Source: Prorocentrum cordatum (lineage: Eukaryota). Taken from it: a DNA stretch of 64,000 nt. Position 1 is the stretch's first letter. The number at the start of each line of letters is the position of its first letter. Shown here piece after piece: positions 35,381-47,872 of this stretch. The notes under the pieces were generated by a model. It worked only from the letters and a program-made list of their open reading frames with translations, was not told where the DNA came from and ran no database searches. The DNA lies in contig CAUYUJ010000292.1 in assembly GCA_963575745.1 (NCBI GenBank), positions 558,001-622,000 on the forward strand, given 5' to 3'. A program made the translations under genes and the position numbers.

Positions 35381-38300
35381 CTAGGGCTGACCCGTGGACT
35401 CTGTCCACGTCATCTGGCCGAAAATATTCTCGGGGCGGCGGCGGGGATGCTGCCGAAAGGATATCGACATGGCGGTCAGCCACTCGGCTGCGAGGGGGCC
35501 GCTGGGGGCCCTCTTGGGCTTTTGTCGATGCTCCGAGCCTGGTGTCTTGCTCTCCCCCCAGCGCTGCCGCCTCCGCTGCTGCCCTCATCGTCGCCGTCCT
35601 AGCCAGGTCGTCGTCGTCTTCATTCCCGCTCTGTCATCGTCCGCGCGATATTCGCTTGCGTCCTTAGTCCTCCTCCCCTCCTCTTCCCCCCTCGTCCTCC
35701 CCAGTATACCTGCTCATCCTGCTCCTACTATTCCTTCTCCCCTTCCTTCTCCTCTTCCCCACAGGCCTGCAGACAAGACGCCCTCTCGAAGTCCAGACGA
35801 CGATGACGACGACAACAACAACGACGACGACGACGATGCGACGGAGCCGACGAACACGATCACAACGACGACGACGCCAAGTCCGTGTGACAGCGCGGAT
35901 CCGGAGCAGCAACGTCATGCACCGTGAAGATGGAGCGGGGTGGCCCCGGACAATTGCTGAACATTTCTACCCAAGGGGGCGGTCTGTTCACAAGTTATCC
36001 AGGTCCTCCTCCTCCTCCTCTCCTCCTCCTCCTCCTCCTCCTCTCCTCCTCTCCTCCTCCTCCTCCTCCTCCTCCTCCTCCTCCTCCTCCTCCTCCTCTA
36101 CTCATTCTCCTCCTCCTCCTCCTCCTCCTCCTCCTGTTCCTGGGTCCTTCATCTGCTCGATCTCCGATCGCCAATCGTGGACGCCAAAACGACGCCCCCC
36201 AGAAGGCGAGCATCCAAGGCCCTCGGAGCGTCCAGATCGGGTCTTCTGGGCCTGCGATCGCGTCTCGCCTCTCGTCCGCCCCCCTCTCACGGAGGCAAAT
36301 TCGAAACCACTTAGGGCGTCATGGGGGCCGGCTGCGTGGGGCCTGCGATACGGCTCTCGCCTGTCGTCCGCCCCCCCCTCTTGGAAGCAACTTTGAAGCC
36401 ACTGAGGGCCTCTTGGGGGCCGCTTGGGGGACTGACTCTTCCTCTTGGGGGTTCTTTTCGGTTTCCTGGCAGCCTCTAGGGGCCCTCTTGGGCCGTCTTG
36501 TGTGCCTTCTGGGTCGTCTTGGGGCCGTCTGGGGCCGTCTTTGGCTGTCTCTGGCGCCTCTTGGGCCGTCTTGGGGCCGTTCTGGGCCGTCTTGGGCGGC
36601 TCTTGGGGCTGTCTTGGGTGCCTCTTGGGTCGGCTTGGGACCCTCTTGGACCGTCCTGACGCCGTCTTGGAACGTCTTGGGGCCCTCACGGGGGTATCTG
36701 GGCCCGCAATCCGCAACGGTGCCTGCGGCACGTTGAGACGTGGAAGACTGCCAAGGGCTGCCTGGCAGGGTTTCTGTAGTCTTATGAAGGACCACCCACC
36801 CGCTCTGGTGACACCCAGCCGACTGCACCACCCCTACTCCTGGGGGGTCCCCGGGCGGCCATGGCGCCTCCCTGGGGCTCCCCAATGCTTCCATTACGGC
36901 CCAGGAGGACCCCAAAACGGTCCAAGAGGGCCCCGAGTTGCCGAACGATCGGTCGAAGACGCCCAAGACGGCCTCAAGATGGCCAAGAGGCCTCCAAGAC
37001 GCCCCGAGAGGCCTCCAAGAGGCCTTCCGAGAGGGCCCAAACAGGCACAAATCGTTGATTGTCCTTAGGTCTTTGAAAGTTTTGGCGTTCTGGCCTTTTT
37101 GGCTTTCGGACTCTCCAAGGCGGACCAATAGGCCCCCAAGACCACCCCAAAACGGCCCAAGAGGCCTCCAAGACGGCCCAAGAGCGTCCCAAGGCGGCCT
37201 CAAAACGGCCCCCAAAGGGGCCCGAGAGAGGAACCGAGCACCTCCGAGCCTGCCTTCTGGCCCAAGAGGCCCCCAGGAGTCCTCAAGCTGCGCCCAAGAG
37301 GCCCCCAGAGGCCCCGAAACTGCCCCCAAGATGCCTCGAACCTGCCATCAAGAGGTCCCCGAGCGGCCTCCCACGAGATCCCAGCGGAGATCGAATATGC
37401 CTCACACCCACAGCCCAGACACGGCGGCAGGACTTGCCGCAGGGAGCTGATTACATACACTTGAAACATCTTCGAGTAGCACCCTGACATGCCTGAACTT
37501 GCAACGTTCTAGGGCCGCTCGCGGGAACCTCCTGGCCCGTCCTGGGTGTCCCCCTCGCCTATACACAAACAACCCCGTTGGCGGCCGCTTTCGGGGGTCC
37601 ATGTCGGCCCATCAGGCCACCGTGCCTGGATTGAGTGTCAGAGTCCTCAGGCATGCTTCTTGGGGCCACTTAGGAGCGCTCTCGACGCTCTCAAGGGCCT
37701 CATGGGGACAGTTTAGGGGCCTCGTGGGAGCCTCGCGGGGGCCTCGTGGATTATCGTTGGGGCCTCTCGGAGGCCTCTTGGTGCCTCCTGAATGCACCTT
37801 CGGGCCGAGGGCTCGAAATGCCCGTTCTGGTTCCCCGTCTGGGCCTCTTGGGCAGCCCGTCTGGGCTCTTGGAGCGGTCTTGCGGGCCTCTTGGGCAGCC
37901 TCAGAGGCGTGGTCGGCTGTCTACGGGCCCTCTGGGGCCGCTTCGGGGCGCTCTCGGACGCCTCTTGGGCCGTGCCGTGGCGATCCTGGGACCCTCTCGC
38001 GCCGTCCTGGAGCGTCGGGAAGCCGAAACAGGCAACATCCTTCGCGCACCCCAGGGACAGCAGTGCGTGCGTTGCCTCTGGGGGTGTCCTCCTGGGAAGG
38101 ACTCTTGGCTGACCATCGCTCGGACGTCCATTTCCTGTGCTTTTTTCGGATTCGTGCGTGTTTTTTTGGGGGGGGGCGAAATGATCAAGCATGCTCCTCG
38201 ATGGTCCTCGCCGATGGAAAATGCACACGTCCGAGCGATGCCAAGCCAAGGAACAGTAGTGCGTGCGCTGCCTCTGGGGGGGTCCTCCTGGGAAGGACTC

Positions 38301-38539
38301 TCGGAGGCCTCTTGGGGGGCGTCCTGGCTGGCAGTGAGCCGCCTCCACGCCCGCTCCCCGGGCACCACGCGAGCCCGCTCCGGGCATCGGCGGGTGCCGC
38401 CAAAGGGGACCCTGCGGGGCCGCCGCGGAGCGTCCCGCGGGGCTCCGCGGAGAGGGCGCGGGGCGCCCCGGGCGGGGGACCTCCGAGCCCCGGGGGCCCG
38501 CCTCGCGCGCAGAGGCTCTCCCGCACTGCCTGGAGGGCT
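35381..38539 (-). mobile_element. Helitron-like element I; 3' end clear, 5' end not recognisable
   Basis: CGTGGAC-AGA-GTCCACG, GGTCAGCC, CTAG|T at 35381-35409; the upstream PPR breaks at the same register (GACGCCA|) but is not followed by TC. Confidence 0.5.
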
Positions 38540-38644
38540 GGCGTCGGGCTCCAGCTGCGCCTGCCGCACCTCGCCCAGCAGCGCCAGGGCCCGCTGCCAC
38601 TGCCCGCCCTTCCCGCACGCACCGATCCCGGCGTTGTAGCTGAC
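38540..38644 (-). CDS. PPR block, 1 motif
   Basis: VSYNAGIGACGKGGQWQRALALLGEVRQAQLEPDA. Confidence 0.7.
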
Positions 38645-38659
38645 CTTCGCGTATAGACT

Positions 38660-40442
38660 CTAGGGCTGACTCGTGGACTCCGTCCGGGGCATCTTTCTGG
38701 CACGACTCTCGGAGGAACGGCGGAGACTTTGACGAACATCTTTGAGCACGGCTGCAGCCGGGGCGGCGGCAGCGAGACCGCGCCCTCGCGTCCGAGCTCT
38801 CGCAACGCTCCCGCAGCTGGGCCCCGGCGCGCGGCTCCTTCGCCTCCCTCCTGGTGAAGGCAGTGTTGAAGTCCCTCGGGGATGTGCGTCAAACCCAGAC
38901 CCCCGACGTAATGATTTTTTCATTACGTCGACCCCCAGAGGTCTGGTCCCTTTCCCCATGACCGGCTTTGCATCCTGAGTCGTTTTTTGACGCTTCCGAG
39001 GCCCGGTGAGAGCCCCTGGAGGCCGAAAAGTAGGAAAAACATCCCGTCATGATTTTTTCATTACTCGAGGGGGTCTGGGAAGTCGAAGCCCCTCTCAGGC
39101 GTCTCAGGAGCGCCCAGGGACGGGCTCGGGCGGCCCTCGGGGAAAGCCAGCGGGAGCGCCTAGCAGGCTCGCAGGGATCTCCAGGGAGGGTCCAAGAGAG
39201 CTTCGAGAGGCAGATTTAATGCGACCTTAACAAAGACCGCTGTTGGGTCGGACGTGCTCCGCTGCGTTGGGGAGACCGTTTCGTTGGAGTTCTGGTGATG
39301 GCGAGGCTCTCCTGGGCGTGTCAGGAGCGCATGGTCCCCTCTCTTGGAAGCAGTTTCGAAGCCTCTTTGGGCCTCTTTGGGGGGTTGAGGGTCTCTCAGG
39401 TCCTCTTGTGGGCCTCTTCGGGACCTTGTTGGGCCCTCTTGGGCCGTCTGGTCTCCTCTTGGGCCGTCTTGGGGACACGTTCAGCGCTCCGTACGTCATC
39501 CTCACTGTGTCCATCACCTGGGCGGCCTCTCGGAAACACGCCCACGGAATCCAGGGCCACCCAAATATCTCGCCGCGCCGCGCCGTGCGAGCCCGATTAG
39601 CTTCGCGCTCTCGGGCCCGCACCCACGGAGGAAAGCAAAGCTCCCTATGCGGCCACTGATGGCCGGCGCTTCCTTCTCCTTGGGAACCGTTTAGGGGCCT
39701 CTCGCGGTTTCGTTCCGCCCTCCTGGGGGACTTGGGGCCCCCTTGGACCGTCTTGCGGCATCCTTGGGGCCTCTTGGGGCCCTGTTGGGCCGTCTTGGGT
39801 GCCCCTTGGGCCGTCTTGGGGCATTCTTGGACGCCTCCGGGGCCGGCTTGGTGCCGTCTTGGGGCCGTCTTGGGCCGTCTTTGGCCGCTCTTGGGGCTGC
39901 CTTGGGTGACTCTTGGGCCGTCGTGGGCGCTCAGGAGCGGTTCTGGGGTCGTCTTGGGCCGTCCTGGGGCCGTCTTGGGCCGTCTCGGGGCCCGGGGCCC
40001 TCCTGGGGCGCTCCTGAGGCGTCATGGGACGATCTTTGGGGCGTGAATTTCCCTCTTGGATGCTTTGTAAACGAAAAAGACGGGAATTATGAACATGTAC
40101 GTTTTCCCTAGGAGTGGGGACGATTTTTGCTTGTGCGGGCTCTTTCGGGACTCTTCTTGGAGCCCACTTGGAGCGTTTTGGAAGCCTCTTGGGCCGTCTG
40201 GGGGCTATCTTGGGCGTCTGCGAACGCTCTTGGACCGTCTCAGAGGCCCTCTTGGACCGTCTTGTGCCGCTCTTGGGGGCCCTGGGGTCGTCTCGGAGCG
40301 CCCTTGGGCCTCCTGGAAGCACGCCGGGGCCTGCTGGGGTGCTAAGGCTCGCAGGAGCCCGCAGGGGCCGCCGGGGCGCCGGTACACCTAGCCCCGACTC
40401 CCGCCCCTATCGCACGCGCGTGCGCCTGCAATGTAGTAGAGA
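38660..40442 (-). mobile_element. Non-autonomous Helitron-like element J
   Basis: A|TCTCTACTACATTGCAGG... to GGAC-GGA-GTCC-ACGAGTCAGCC-CTAG. Confidence 0.7.
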
Positions 40443-40689
40443 TGACGTCGGGCTCCAGCTTCGCCTCCCACATCTCACTCAGCACTGACAGCGCGTGTTG
40501 CCACTGTCCAATTTTTCCGCATGCGCTGACAATCGCAACGTAGTGGCTTGGGACAAGTTGCACACCTAATCGAATTCCTTCCCGGAGCAACCGCAATGCT
40601 GCGCTCCATTGTTTTGTCCGACCGCACTTCTTGATCGACACTTCGAAGGAAACAGCGCCTTCTCGAGACCCTCGACCGATGTCCAGCAT
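40443..40689 (-). CDS. N-terminal head of the PPR gene (ATG + 2 divergent PPR motifs)
   Basis: MLDIGRGSREGAVSFEVSIKKCGRTKQWSAALRLLREGIRLGVQLVPSHYVAIVSACGKIGQWQHALSVLSEMWEAKLEPDV; ATG about 50 nt downstream of a spliced-leader relic. Confidence 0.8.
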
Positions 40690-40740
40690 CCGAAACAAAG
40701 CACCGCGGCATGAGCCCAAAAATGCCTTGGGTCATTTTGG

Positions 40741-40762
40741 CTTGAGCCAAAATGTCTACGGC
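40741..40762 (-). other. Genomic relic of the dinoflagellate spliced leader (DinoSL)
   Basis: GCCGTAGACATTTTGGCTCAAG versus DCCGTAGCCATTTTGGCTCAAG: 21/22; a second degenerate relic GCATTTTTGGGCTCATG at ~40710-40726. Confidence 0.9.
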
Positions 40763-40922
40763 TGGTTCGTTGATTCGTTGGTTTGTCGGCGGGTCCCCCA
40801 GCCGCCCGCCCGCGCGCCCGGCCAACCGCGCACCCGCGCGGGCACCCGCCGGCCCGCGCGCCCGCCTGCCCGCGCGCCCGCACGCCTGCAATGTGGGCGG
40901 TACAATCTAGATGGTGCAATCT

Positions 40923-42810
40923 ATGTGGTGCAGCCACTGTGGTGCACAGCAGTGCAAGGCAATGCAAGGCAATGCAGAGCATCGCAGTGCAAGGCAATGC
41001 AATGCACAGCGAAGTAGCGCAAAACAATGCAACGCAATGCAACACAACGCACAGCAACACAAAACAATGCAACGCAGTGCACAGCAATACAGAGCACTGC
41101 AAAGCGATGCGCAGCAAAGCAACGCAATGCAAAGCAATGCAAAGCAAGGCAACGCAAAGAAAACCAAAGCAAGGCAAAGCGACGCAATGCAGTTCAAAGC
41201 AATGCATAGCAATGTAAAGCAATGCACTGCAACGCAATACAAAGCAATGCACATGAAAGCAGCGTAAAGCAAAGCGACGCAAAGGCCTGCAAAGCAGGAC
41301 TAAGCAATGCGATGCAACGCAAAGCAGTGCAAACACACACGCAACGCAAAGCAGCGCAAAAACAATGCACAGTCATGCAACACAATGCCATGGAAGGCAA
41401 CGCAAAACAACGCAATGCAAGGAACAACACCGCAATGCAGAGCAATGCAGAGCATGCAAATAAAGGCAAAGCAATGCAAGACAAAGCAATGCACAGCAAC
41501 GAAAAGCAACGCAAATCAATGCAAAGTCACACAGCGCAAAGCAACACAAAGTTGTGCATAGGAATGCAAAGCCACGAAATGCAAAGCACAGCAACGCAAT
41601 GCCCATCAGCGCAAAGCACAGCGAATCATCGCAATGCAAAGCAATGCAACGCAAGGCAATGCAAAGCAACACAATGCACAACACAGCAGTCCAGTGCAAA
41701 GCAAGACAAAGTAATGCATAGCGATGTCAAGCAATGCAAAGCAAAGCACTGCGACGCTGAGAACAAATGAAACGCAATGCGAATCAGTGAAACACAAAAC
41801 AACGCAATGCAACGCAACGTAACGCAACACAATACAACACAATGCAGCGCAAGGCAAAGCAATGCAAAGCACTGCAACGCGGTGCAAACCAATGCAAAGC
41901 TATGCAAGGCAGTGGAACGCAAGGCAACGCAAAGCAGACCAAAGCACGGCAATGCAACGCAATACACATCAATGCAACGCATCGCAAACCAGTGCACTGC
42001 AACGCAATGCAAAACAATGCAAATCAAAGCAAAGCAACGCAATGAAGCGGACTGCAACGCACGTCAACGCAGTGCAAAACAATGCAAAGCAAGGCAACGC
42101 AGTGCAACACAACACAAAACAATGCGAAACAATGCAAAACAATGCCATGCAACGCAACGCAAAACCACACACAGCAAGGAACCGCAACGCAATGCACAGC
42201 AGTGCACAGCAGGGCAAAGCAGGGCACAACAAGGCAAAGCAATGCACAGCAATGCAACGCACAGCAAAGCAAAGCAGAACAAAAGAACGCAATGCAAGGC
42301 ATTGCACAGCAATGCAAAGCAACGCAAATCAATGCAAAGCTACAGAAAGGAACGCAACGCAATGCACAGCAAGGTCATTCAAAGCAACGCGACGCCATGA
42401 ACAACCAGGCGCAGCAACGAAATGCAAAGCAATGCAACGCAAGGGAAGGCAAAGCAATGCAAACCAACGCAATGCAAAGCAAGGCAACGCTCTGCTAAGC
42501 AATGCAAAGCAATGCACTGAAAAGCAAAGCAATGCAAAGTAGCACAAAGCAACGCAAAGCAATGCCAACCATTGCAAGCAACACAAAGCAGTGCACAGCA
42601 ACGCAATGCAACACAAAGCAACGCCATGCAAAGCAACGCGAAGCAACGCGAAGCAACACAAAGCAAGAAATAAGGCAAATCAACGCAATGAAAAGCAATG
42701 CAATGCGAATCAGCGTAAATCGAGGCAAAACAGCACAAAGCAATGCAGAGCAATGCAGTGCAAAGTAAAACAAAGCAGGGCAACGCAACGCAATGCACAG
42801 CAACAAAAAC
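40923..42810. repeat. ~1.9-kb degenerate pentanucleotide satellite (GCAAT/GCAAA/GCAAC)n
   Basis: Direct reading. Confidence 0.95.
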
Positions 42811-44699
42811 TACGTAGGTGGTGCAATCTCACGGCGGCGACGAGGCGGCGACAAAGCAGCGACTGCGGCTACATAGCCGCCAGACCGGCACGCAAGCCCA
42901 ATTCCTTAGAAAACAACTAAGAACCCCTGAGTTCAAGCAATGTTAAGCGAAATGGGAAATCCAGAAAGGACATCGTTACGAATTCTGTGGAGATCCTGAG
43001 GCAATCCTCGGAACATTCTTGATTGGTTCCTCAGGACATCCTTCGGAACTCCAGTGGATTCCTTGGCGTACTCGTCACATGGCAACCCAAGGGGAGCCAG
43101 AAAACTGACTCGTCATCTTCATATTCCGCTCCTTGGGCCTCATCATCACCATCCTCTTCATCCTGCCCTCCTCCTCCTCCTCCTCCTTCTGTTTAGACTC
43201 ATCTTTAGTATGTTCACCCTACCCCCGCATTCAGCTCATCATCAACCTCATCAACCTTATCATCCACCTCCTCCTTTTCATCTTCGTCACAATAGTCATC
43301 ATCAGATCCTCCCTGCTTTTCATGCTCATTCTGGTCATCCTCCTGCTCATCATCAATATCCTCATGATCTTGCCCCCTCCCTCTTGCGAACCCTCCCAGA
43401 AACATTCGGCCGAGACTCCGTTCGGCGCACCTCTCACGCACTTCGTGCTTCCTGGCCTCACATATGTTTTCGGCTCATTCCTAAGATGGCTGAGATGATC
43501 TCTCATTCGGCATATCTCTCGCACTTCGTGCCCGACATCTCTCCAGAGGCTTCTGGCTGAGGCTCGATTCGGCACATCACTCACGTGCATTGTGCTCGTT
43601 GCTTCCTGGAGGCCTTGAGTTGGCCTCGCAATTCAGGATACCAGGCAGAAAGAAACCGAGTATTCTGCCCTACTCGCCGTATGACACCACATGCAACAAC
43701 TTCTTCCACCTGGCCGCCCAAAGGTGCGACGCAAAACAGAAATGCAAGTCTTCTCGTGACGTGACAACCCCGGGGGGCGCGGGAGCAGCACCTCTTGTGC
43801 ACTACTTGCCGCAAATGGCAGCACAGGCGGGCGAACACATAATAGTCCATTCCTCTCGTCACGTTGGAACGCAAAGAGGGCGGACAACATACTGTTCGAT
43901 TATTCTCGTTACCTTGGAATTCGTCTGGTTAGCAACGACCGCGAAAGCGACGATTGCGACGGGCGGGCTGATCCTAACGGGCGAATCGGCTTGGCGGGTC
44001 ACGGGCGGGTCTGGCAGGCGGACCCTGACGGTCGGCCCGGGCGGGCGGAACCTAACGGGCGGGCAGGGCGATTCGGCCCGAAGATCGGAAGCAGTGTGCA
44101 ATCCATCCAGGGAGACATCCACGGCGACGGCGACAGGGGCGACGCCCACGACAACGAGGGCGAGGAAGACGGGGGCGACGAAGACGACGCGGACGACGAC
44201 GAGGACGGTGACGTCGATGAGGGCGACGACTGCGACGACAACCCTGATGGGCGGGTCGGTCGGGCGGACGCTGACAGACGGGGCGAGCGGGCGGGTCGGG
44301 TCGGGCGGACCCTATAGGAGGGTCGGGAAAGGTCCCAACTGGCGGGTCGGAACCGACGGGCGGGCTGACGGGCGGGCCATAACTGGCGGGCTGGGCGGGC
44401 CGACCCAAACCAGCGGGCGGGCCGGGTCGGGCGGGACATTAAAGTAGGTTGCAATTCATCCATCAGGACATCCACAAGGGCGTCGATGACAAAGACGACA
44501 ACGACAACGAGGGCAGCGACAACGACGACGACGACGCCGACGAATGCGACGTAGGGGATGAGGACGAGGCGGACCTTGGGCTAACGGGTGGGTCGGTCGG
44601 GCGGACCCTAACGGGCGGGCGGGTCGGGGCTGGCGGAAGAACATTGACGTATGTAGTGTGCAACACATACACCTGGACATTCACAAAGGCGACGACGAG

Positions 44700-46220
44700 G
44701 GCGCAAGATGCCTCCAAAACGGCTCAAGATGCACCCAAGACGGCCTAAGATGGCCTCAAGCTGGCCCAAGACTGCCCACGAACCACCCAATAGGCCTCTA
44801 AGACGGCACAAAACCTCCGAGAGGATCGCCAGGATGGCCCGAAGAGGCCAACATCATTTATGTCCGAAATGTTTTGACAGATTCTGGCATTTGCGTCTTT
44901 TCGGCCTTCCGACGGCCGAAGACGGCCCAAGAGGCCCCAAATATCGTCCCCAGAGAGCCCAATAGGCCTCCATGATGGCCCCATGACGGCCCCAAGAGGC
45001 CCCCAAGACGGTCCAAAGAGGGCCCCAAGATGGCCTCCAAGACGGCCAATATTGCCCAAACGTTGCCCCAAGAGAACCCAAGATGGCCTCAAGATGTCTC
45101 CAAGACGGCTCAAGATGTATCTAAGACGGCATAAGATGGCCTCGGCCCGAGACGGCCCACGAGCCAAGAGGCTTCCAAGACGGCCCAAGGGGCCTCCAAG
45201 AGGACCTCCAGGAAGGCCCGAGGGGGGCAACTCCATTTATTGGTTAGAAGGTTTGAGATATGTTTGGCATTTGCTTCTTTTCGGCCTTCCGACGGCCCAC
45301 GACGACCAAAGAGGCCCCCAAGACCGCCCCATGACGACCCAGGAGGCCCCCAAGAGGGCCCCAAGAGGGCCCCAAGAGGGCCTCCAAGGTGGCCACGATG
45401 GCCTCCAAGACGGCCAAGACTGCGCCAAGGGGGGCCCGAGACGGCCTCACGATGTCTCTAAGACGGCCGCAGGTGGCCCCGCAGGTGGCCCATGGAGGCA
45501 TCCAAGACTGCCGAGGCGGCCTCCAAGAGGACCGCCAGGACGGCCAAGCGAAGCCAATCCCACTGCTCCCCGAGCGGCTTCGACACACCGTGGCGCGCAC
45601 TCCCCTGTCCGGCCGCCCGCCGAAGGCCGGCGGCGGCCCCGAAGGAGGCCACCACAACGGCCCAAGGATTGCCCGAGAGGCCTCCACGAGGGCCCCATGG
45701 CGGCCCACGAGGCCCCCAAGACGGCCCTGAAGCGGCCCAAGGGGCCCCAAGAGGGCCTCCAAGGCGGCCCCGAAGCGCCCCACGAGGGTCCCAAGTCGGT
45801 CCAGGAGGCCCCCTAAGACGGCTTCTGACGGCGTCAGACCAGCCAAGATTGCCCTGGCCAAGGCCCGCAAGAGGCTCAAGGAGGCTTCCACGAGGCCCCC
45901 TGGGAGCTCCCAGGAGGCCCCGAGAGTGCCCTAAGAGGCAAGGGGCCTCTTCCTCCTCCTCCTCCTCCTTCGCCTCCCTCTTCTTATCCTTCCCCTCATC
46001 ATCCCCCAAGTGTGCTCCGTGAAATTTCCAGAGCGAATGGGGTTTACGATAATACATAGTCCGATACTTTGGCCAAGCTGGGGCCAAACGTTTGGCCACA
46101 GAGGCGCTTCCCCCAAAGGCCCCCAAGAGGCCCAAGGAGGCCCCCCAAGAGGCCTCCAAGAAACTTTTAGGAACCTCCCAGGCAGCCCCAGGTGCTGCAA
46201 GAAGCTTCGAAGAGGCCTCT
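44700..46220. repeat. Degenerate 10-20-bp (GGCCCCAAGA-type) repeat tract, reverse orientation to the TCTTGGGGCC tracts that fill the Helitron interiors
   Basis: CCAAGAGGCC/CCAAGACGGC motifs; the same family is in opposite orientation at e.g. 16330-16950, 19170-19740, 20860-21120, 39730-40290. Confidence 0.8.
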
Positions 46221-46361
46221 TCCAATTCCTCCTCTCCTTCCTTATCTTCCTCTTCCTCCTCTTCCTCCTCCTCTGTTGCGTTCCTTCTATTCTTCCTCCT
46301 CCCCCTCCCTCTCCTGATTCTCCTGCGGCATCCCCCAAGTGTTTCCCTACACGTCTCCAGG

Positions 46362-46534
46362 GTAGCTGATGACGTCGGGCTCCCATTGCTCGCCCTTCTC
46401 GCACGCGCTGATTCCAGTGCTGTAGCTGATGACGTCAGGCGCCAACTTTACCTCCCGCATCTCGCTCAACAGCGCCAGCGCCCGCTGCCACTGCTCGCCT
46501 GTATGGCGCGCGCTGATCCCAGCACTGTAGCTGA
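46362..46534 (-). pseudogene. PPR block of the second locus: 1 full motif + 1 internally deleted motif
   Basis: SYSAGISARHTGEQWQRALALLSEMREVKLAPDVISYSTGISACEKGEQW-EPDVISY. Confidence 0.75.
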
Positions 46535-47625
46535 CTAGGGCTGACCTGTGGACTGCCGTCCACGAGTGCCAGGTGTCAGAGCGCCCTTGCTGCTGCGCAT
46601 TCCTTTGCGCTGTTTGCTGGATGATTCTGAAGGCGTCCAGAGCAGCGCTAGCAGTATCAGCGGTAGCAAGTCCAGGGCCGTGGGCAGTAGCAACAGCAGC
46701 AGCTCCACCTCCTCCTCCTCCTCCTGCTCCTCCTCCTTCTCCTCCTCCGCCTCCTCCTCCTCCTCGTGGTCGTGCTTCGCCCGTCCTCGTCCTCGGGTTC
46801 GTACTGCTCCTCCTCGTCCTCCTCGTCCTCCTCCTCCGTCCTCTTCCCCTCTGGGAACTCGTGCGGCTCCAACTCCGCGGGCAGGAGCGCCTGTGGCGGA
46901 GGAGAGCGACGACGGGGAAGAGGAGGAGAAGGCCCAAGACGAAGGACAACACCGCATCCCCACACCTCTTGGGACACGCTCGGCGCGGGAGGGGTCGCAG
47001 AAACAGCGTTCCCGGGTGTCCGCGGCTGCATCGGACAGCTATTCTCTGCACCCCCTCCCGCGCGAGAGGCGTCCCACGAGATGTGGGGTGTGGCCTTCCT
47101 CCATTCATACAATGCTTCTGGGAGCCTTCTTGGAGCCGTTTCGAGGGAGCTGCTGGAGGCTTTCCAGGAGCCGCTGGGAGCGTCCTGGAGGCCGTCTTGT
47201 AGCCTCGGGGTCATGGTGGCTTCTTGGGGGCTTGCTGGCAGCGGGGGGGGGCGCAGGGGGCGCGGGGGGCGCTCCAGAGTTGGCCCTGTTGGGCCTCCCT
47301 TGGGGCCGTCGCGGGGGGCTGCGCGGCCACCTGAGAAGTTTGGGAGATCCCTGGGCGCCCTCCGGAAGAATGGGGCAGCTTGGGGATGCCTCTCGGGAAG
47401 GGTTGGGCGTCATGTGGCCAGAGATGCGATCGCAAGAGTAAGTATTTATGGCGCAGACCTCAATCAGATCAGTAATTTTACGTCCTTGCGGAGGGGCGCT
47501 CGGGGAGCCTTCCGGGGCACTCGCGGGGCTCTCCTGGGCCAAGGCGGCGTCGCCACACGAGCGGGGCCGCCGGGCGAAGCCAATGTGTCCTTCTGGCACG
47601 CGCTGAGCCCCTGCGGCAGTATAGA
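46535..47625 (-). mobile_element. Non-autonomous Helitron-like element L (B family)
   Basis: A|TCTATACTGC... to GTGGAC-GGCA-GTCCAC, AGGTCAGCC, CTAG|T. Confidence 0.8.
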
Positions 47626-47872
47626 TGGCATCGGGCTCCAGCTTCGCCTCCCACCTCGCCCGGAACACCGACAGTGCGTGTTGCCATTGCCCGCCTTTCC
47701 TGCATGCGCCGGCGGTCGCAACGCAGCGGCCTGGGAAGAGTTGTGCGCCGCATCGAGTCACTTCGCAGAGCAACTGCCGTGCTGCGCGCCATTGCTTTGT
47801 CCGACCACGCCTCTAGATTGACACTTCGAGAGAAGCATGGCCTTCTTGAGGCCCTCGTCCCATGTCTAGCAT
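47626..47872 (-). pseudogene. Degenerate paralogue of the PPR head with in-frame TAG
   Basis: MLDMGRGPQEGHASLEVSI*RRGRTKQWRAARQLL...ACRKGGQWQHALSVFRARWEAKLEPDA; same 247-nt length as 40443-40689. Confidence 0.85.

Noticed and set aside
40566..42920. Cys/Leu-rich and Gln/Ala-rich ORFs
   Set aside because: Translations of the pentanucleotide satellite.
43570..43930. Non-repetitive island with short ORFs
   Set aside because: No recognisable motif in any frame; possibly a decayed TE.
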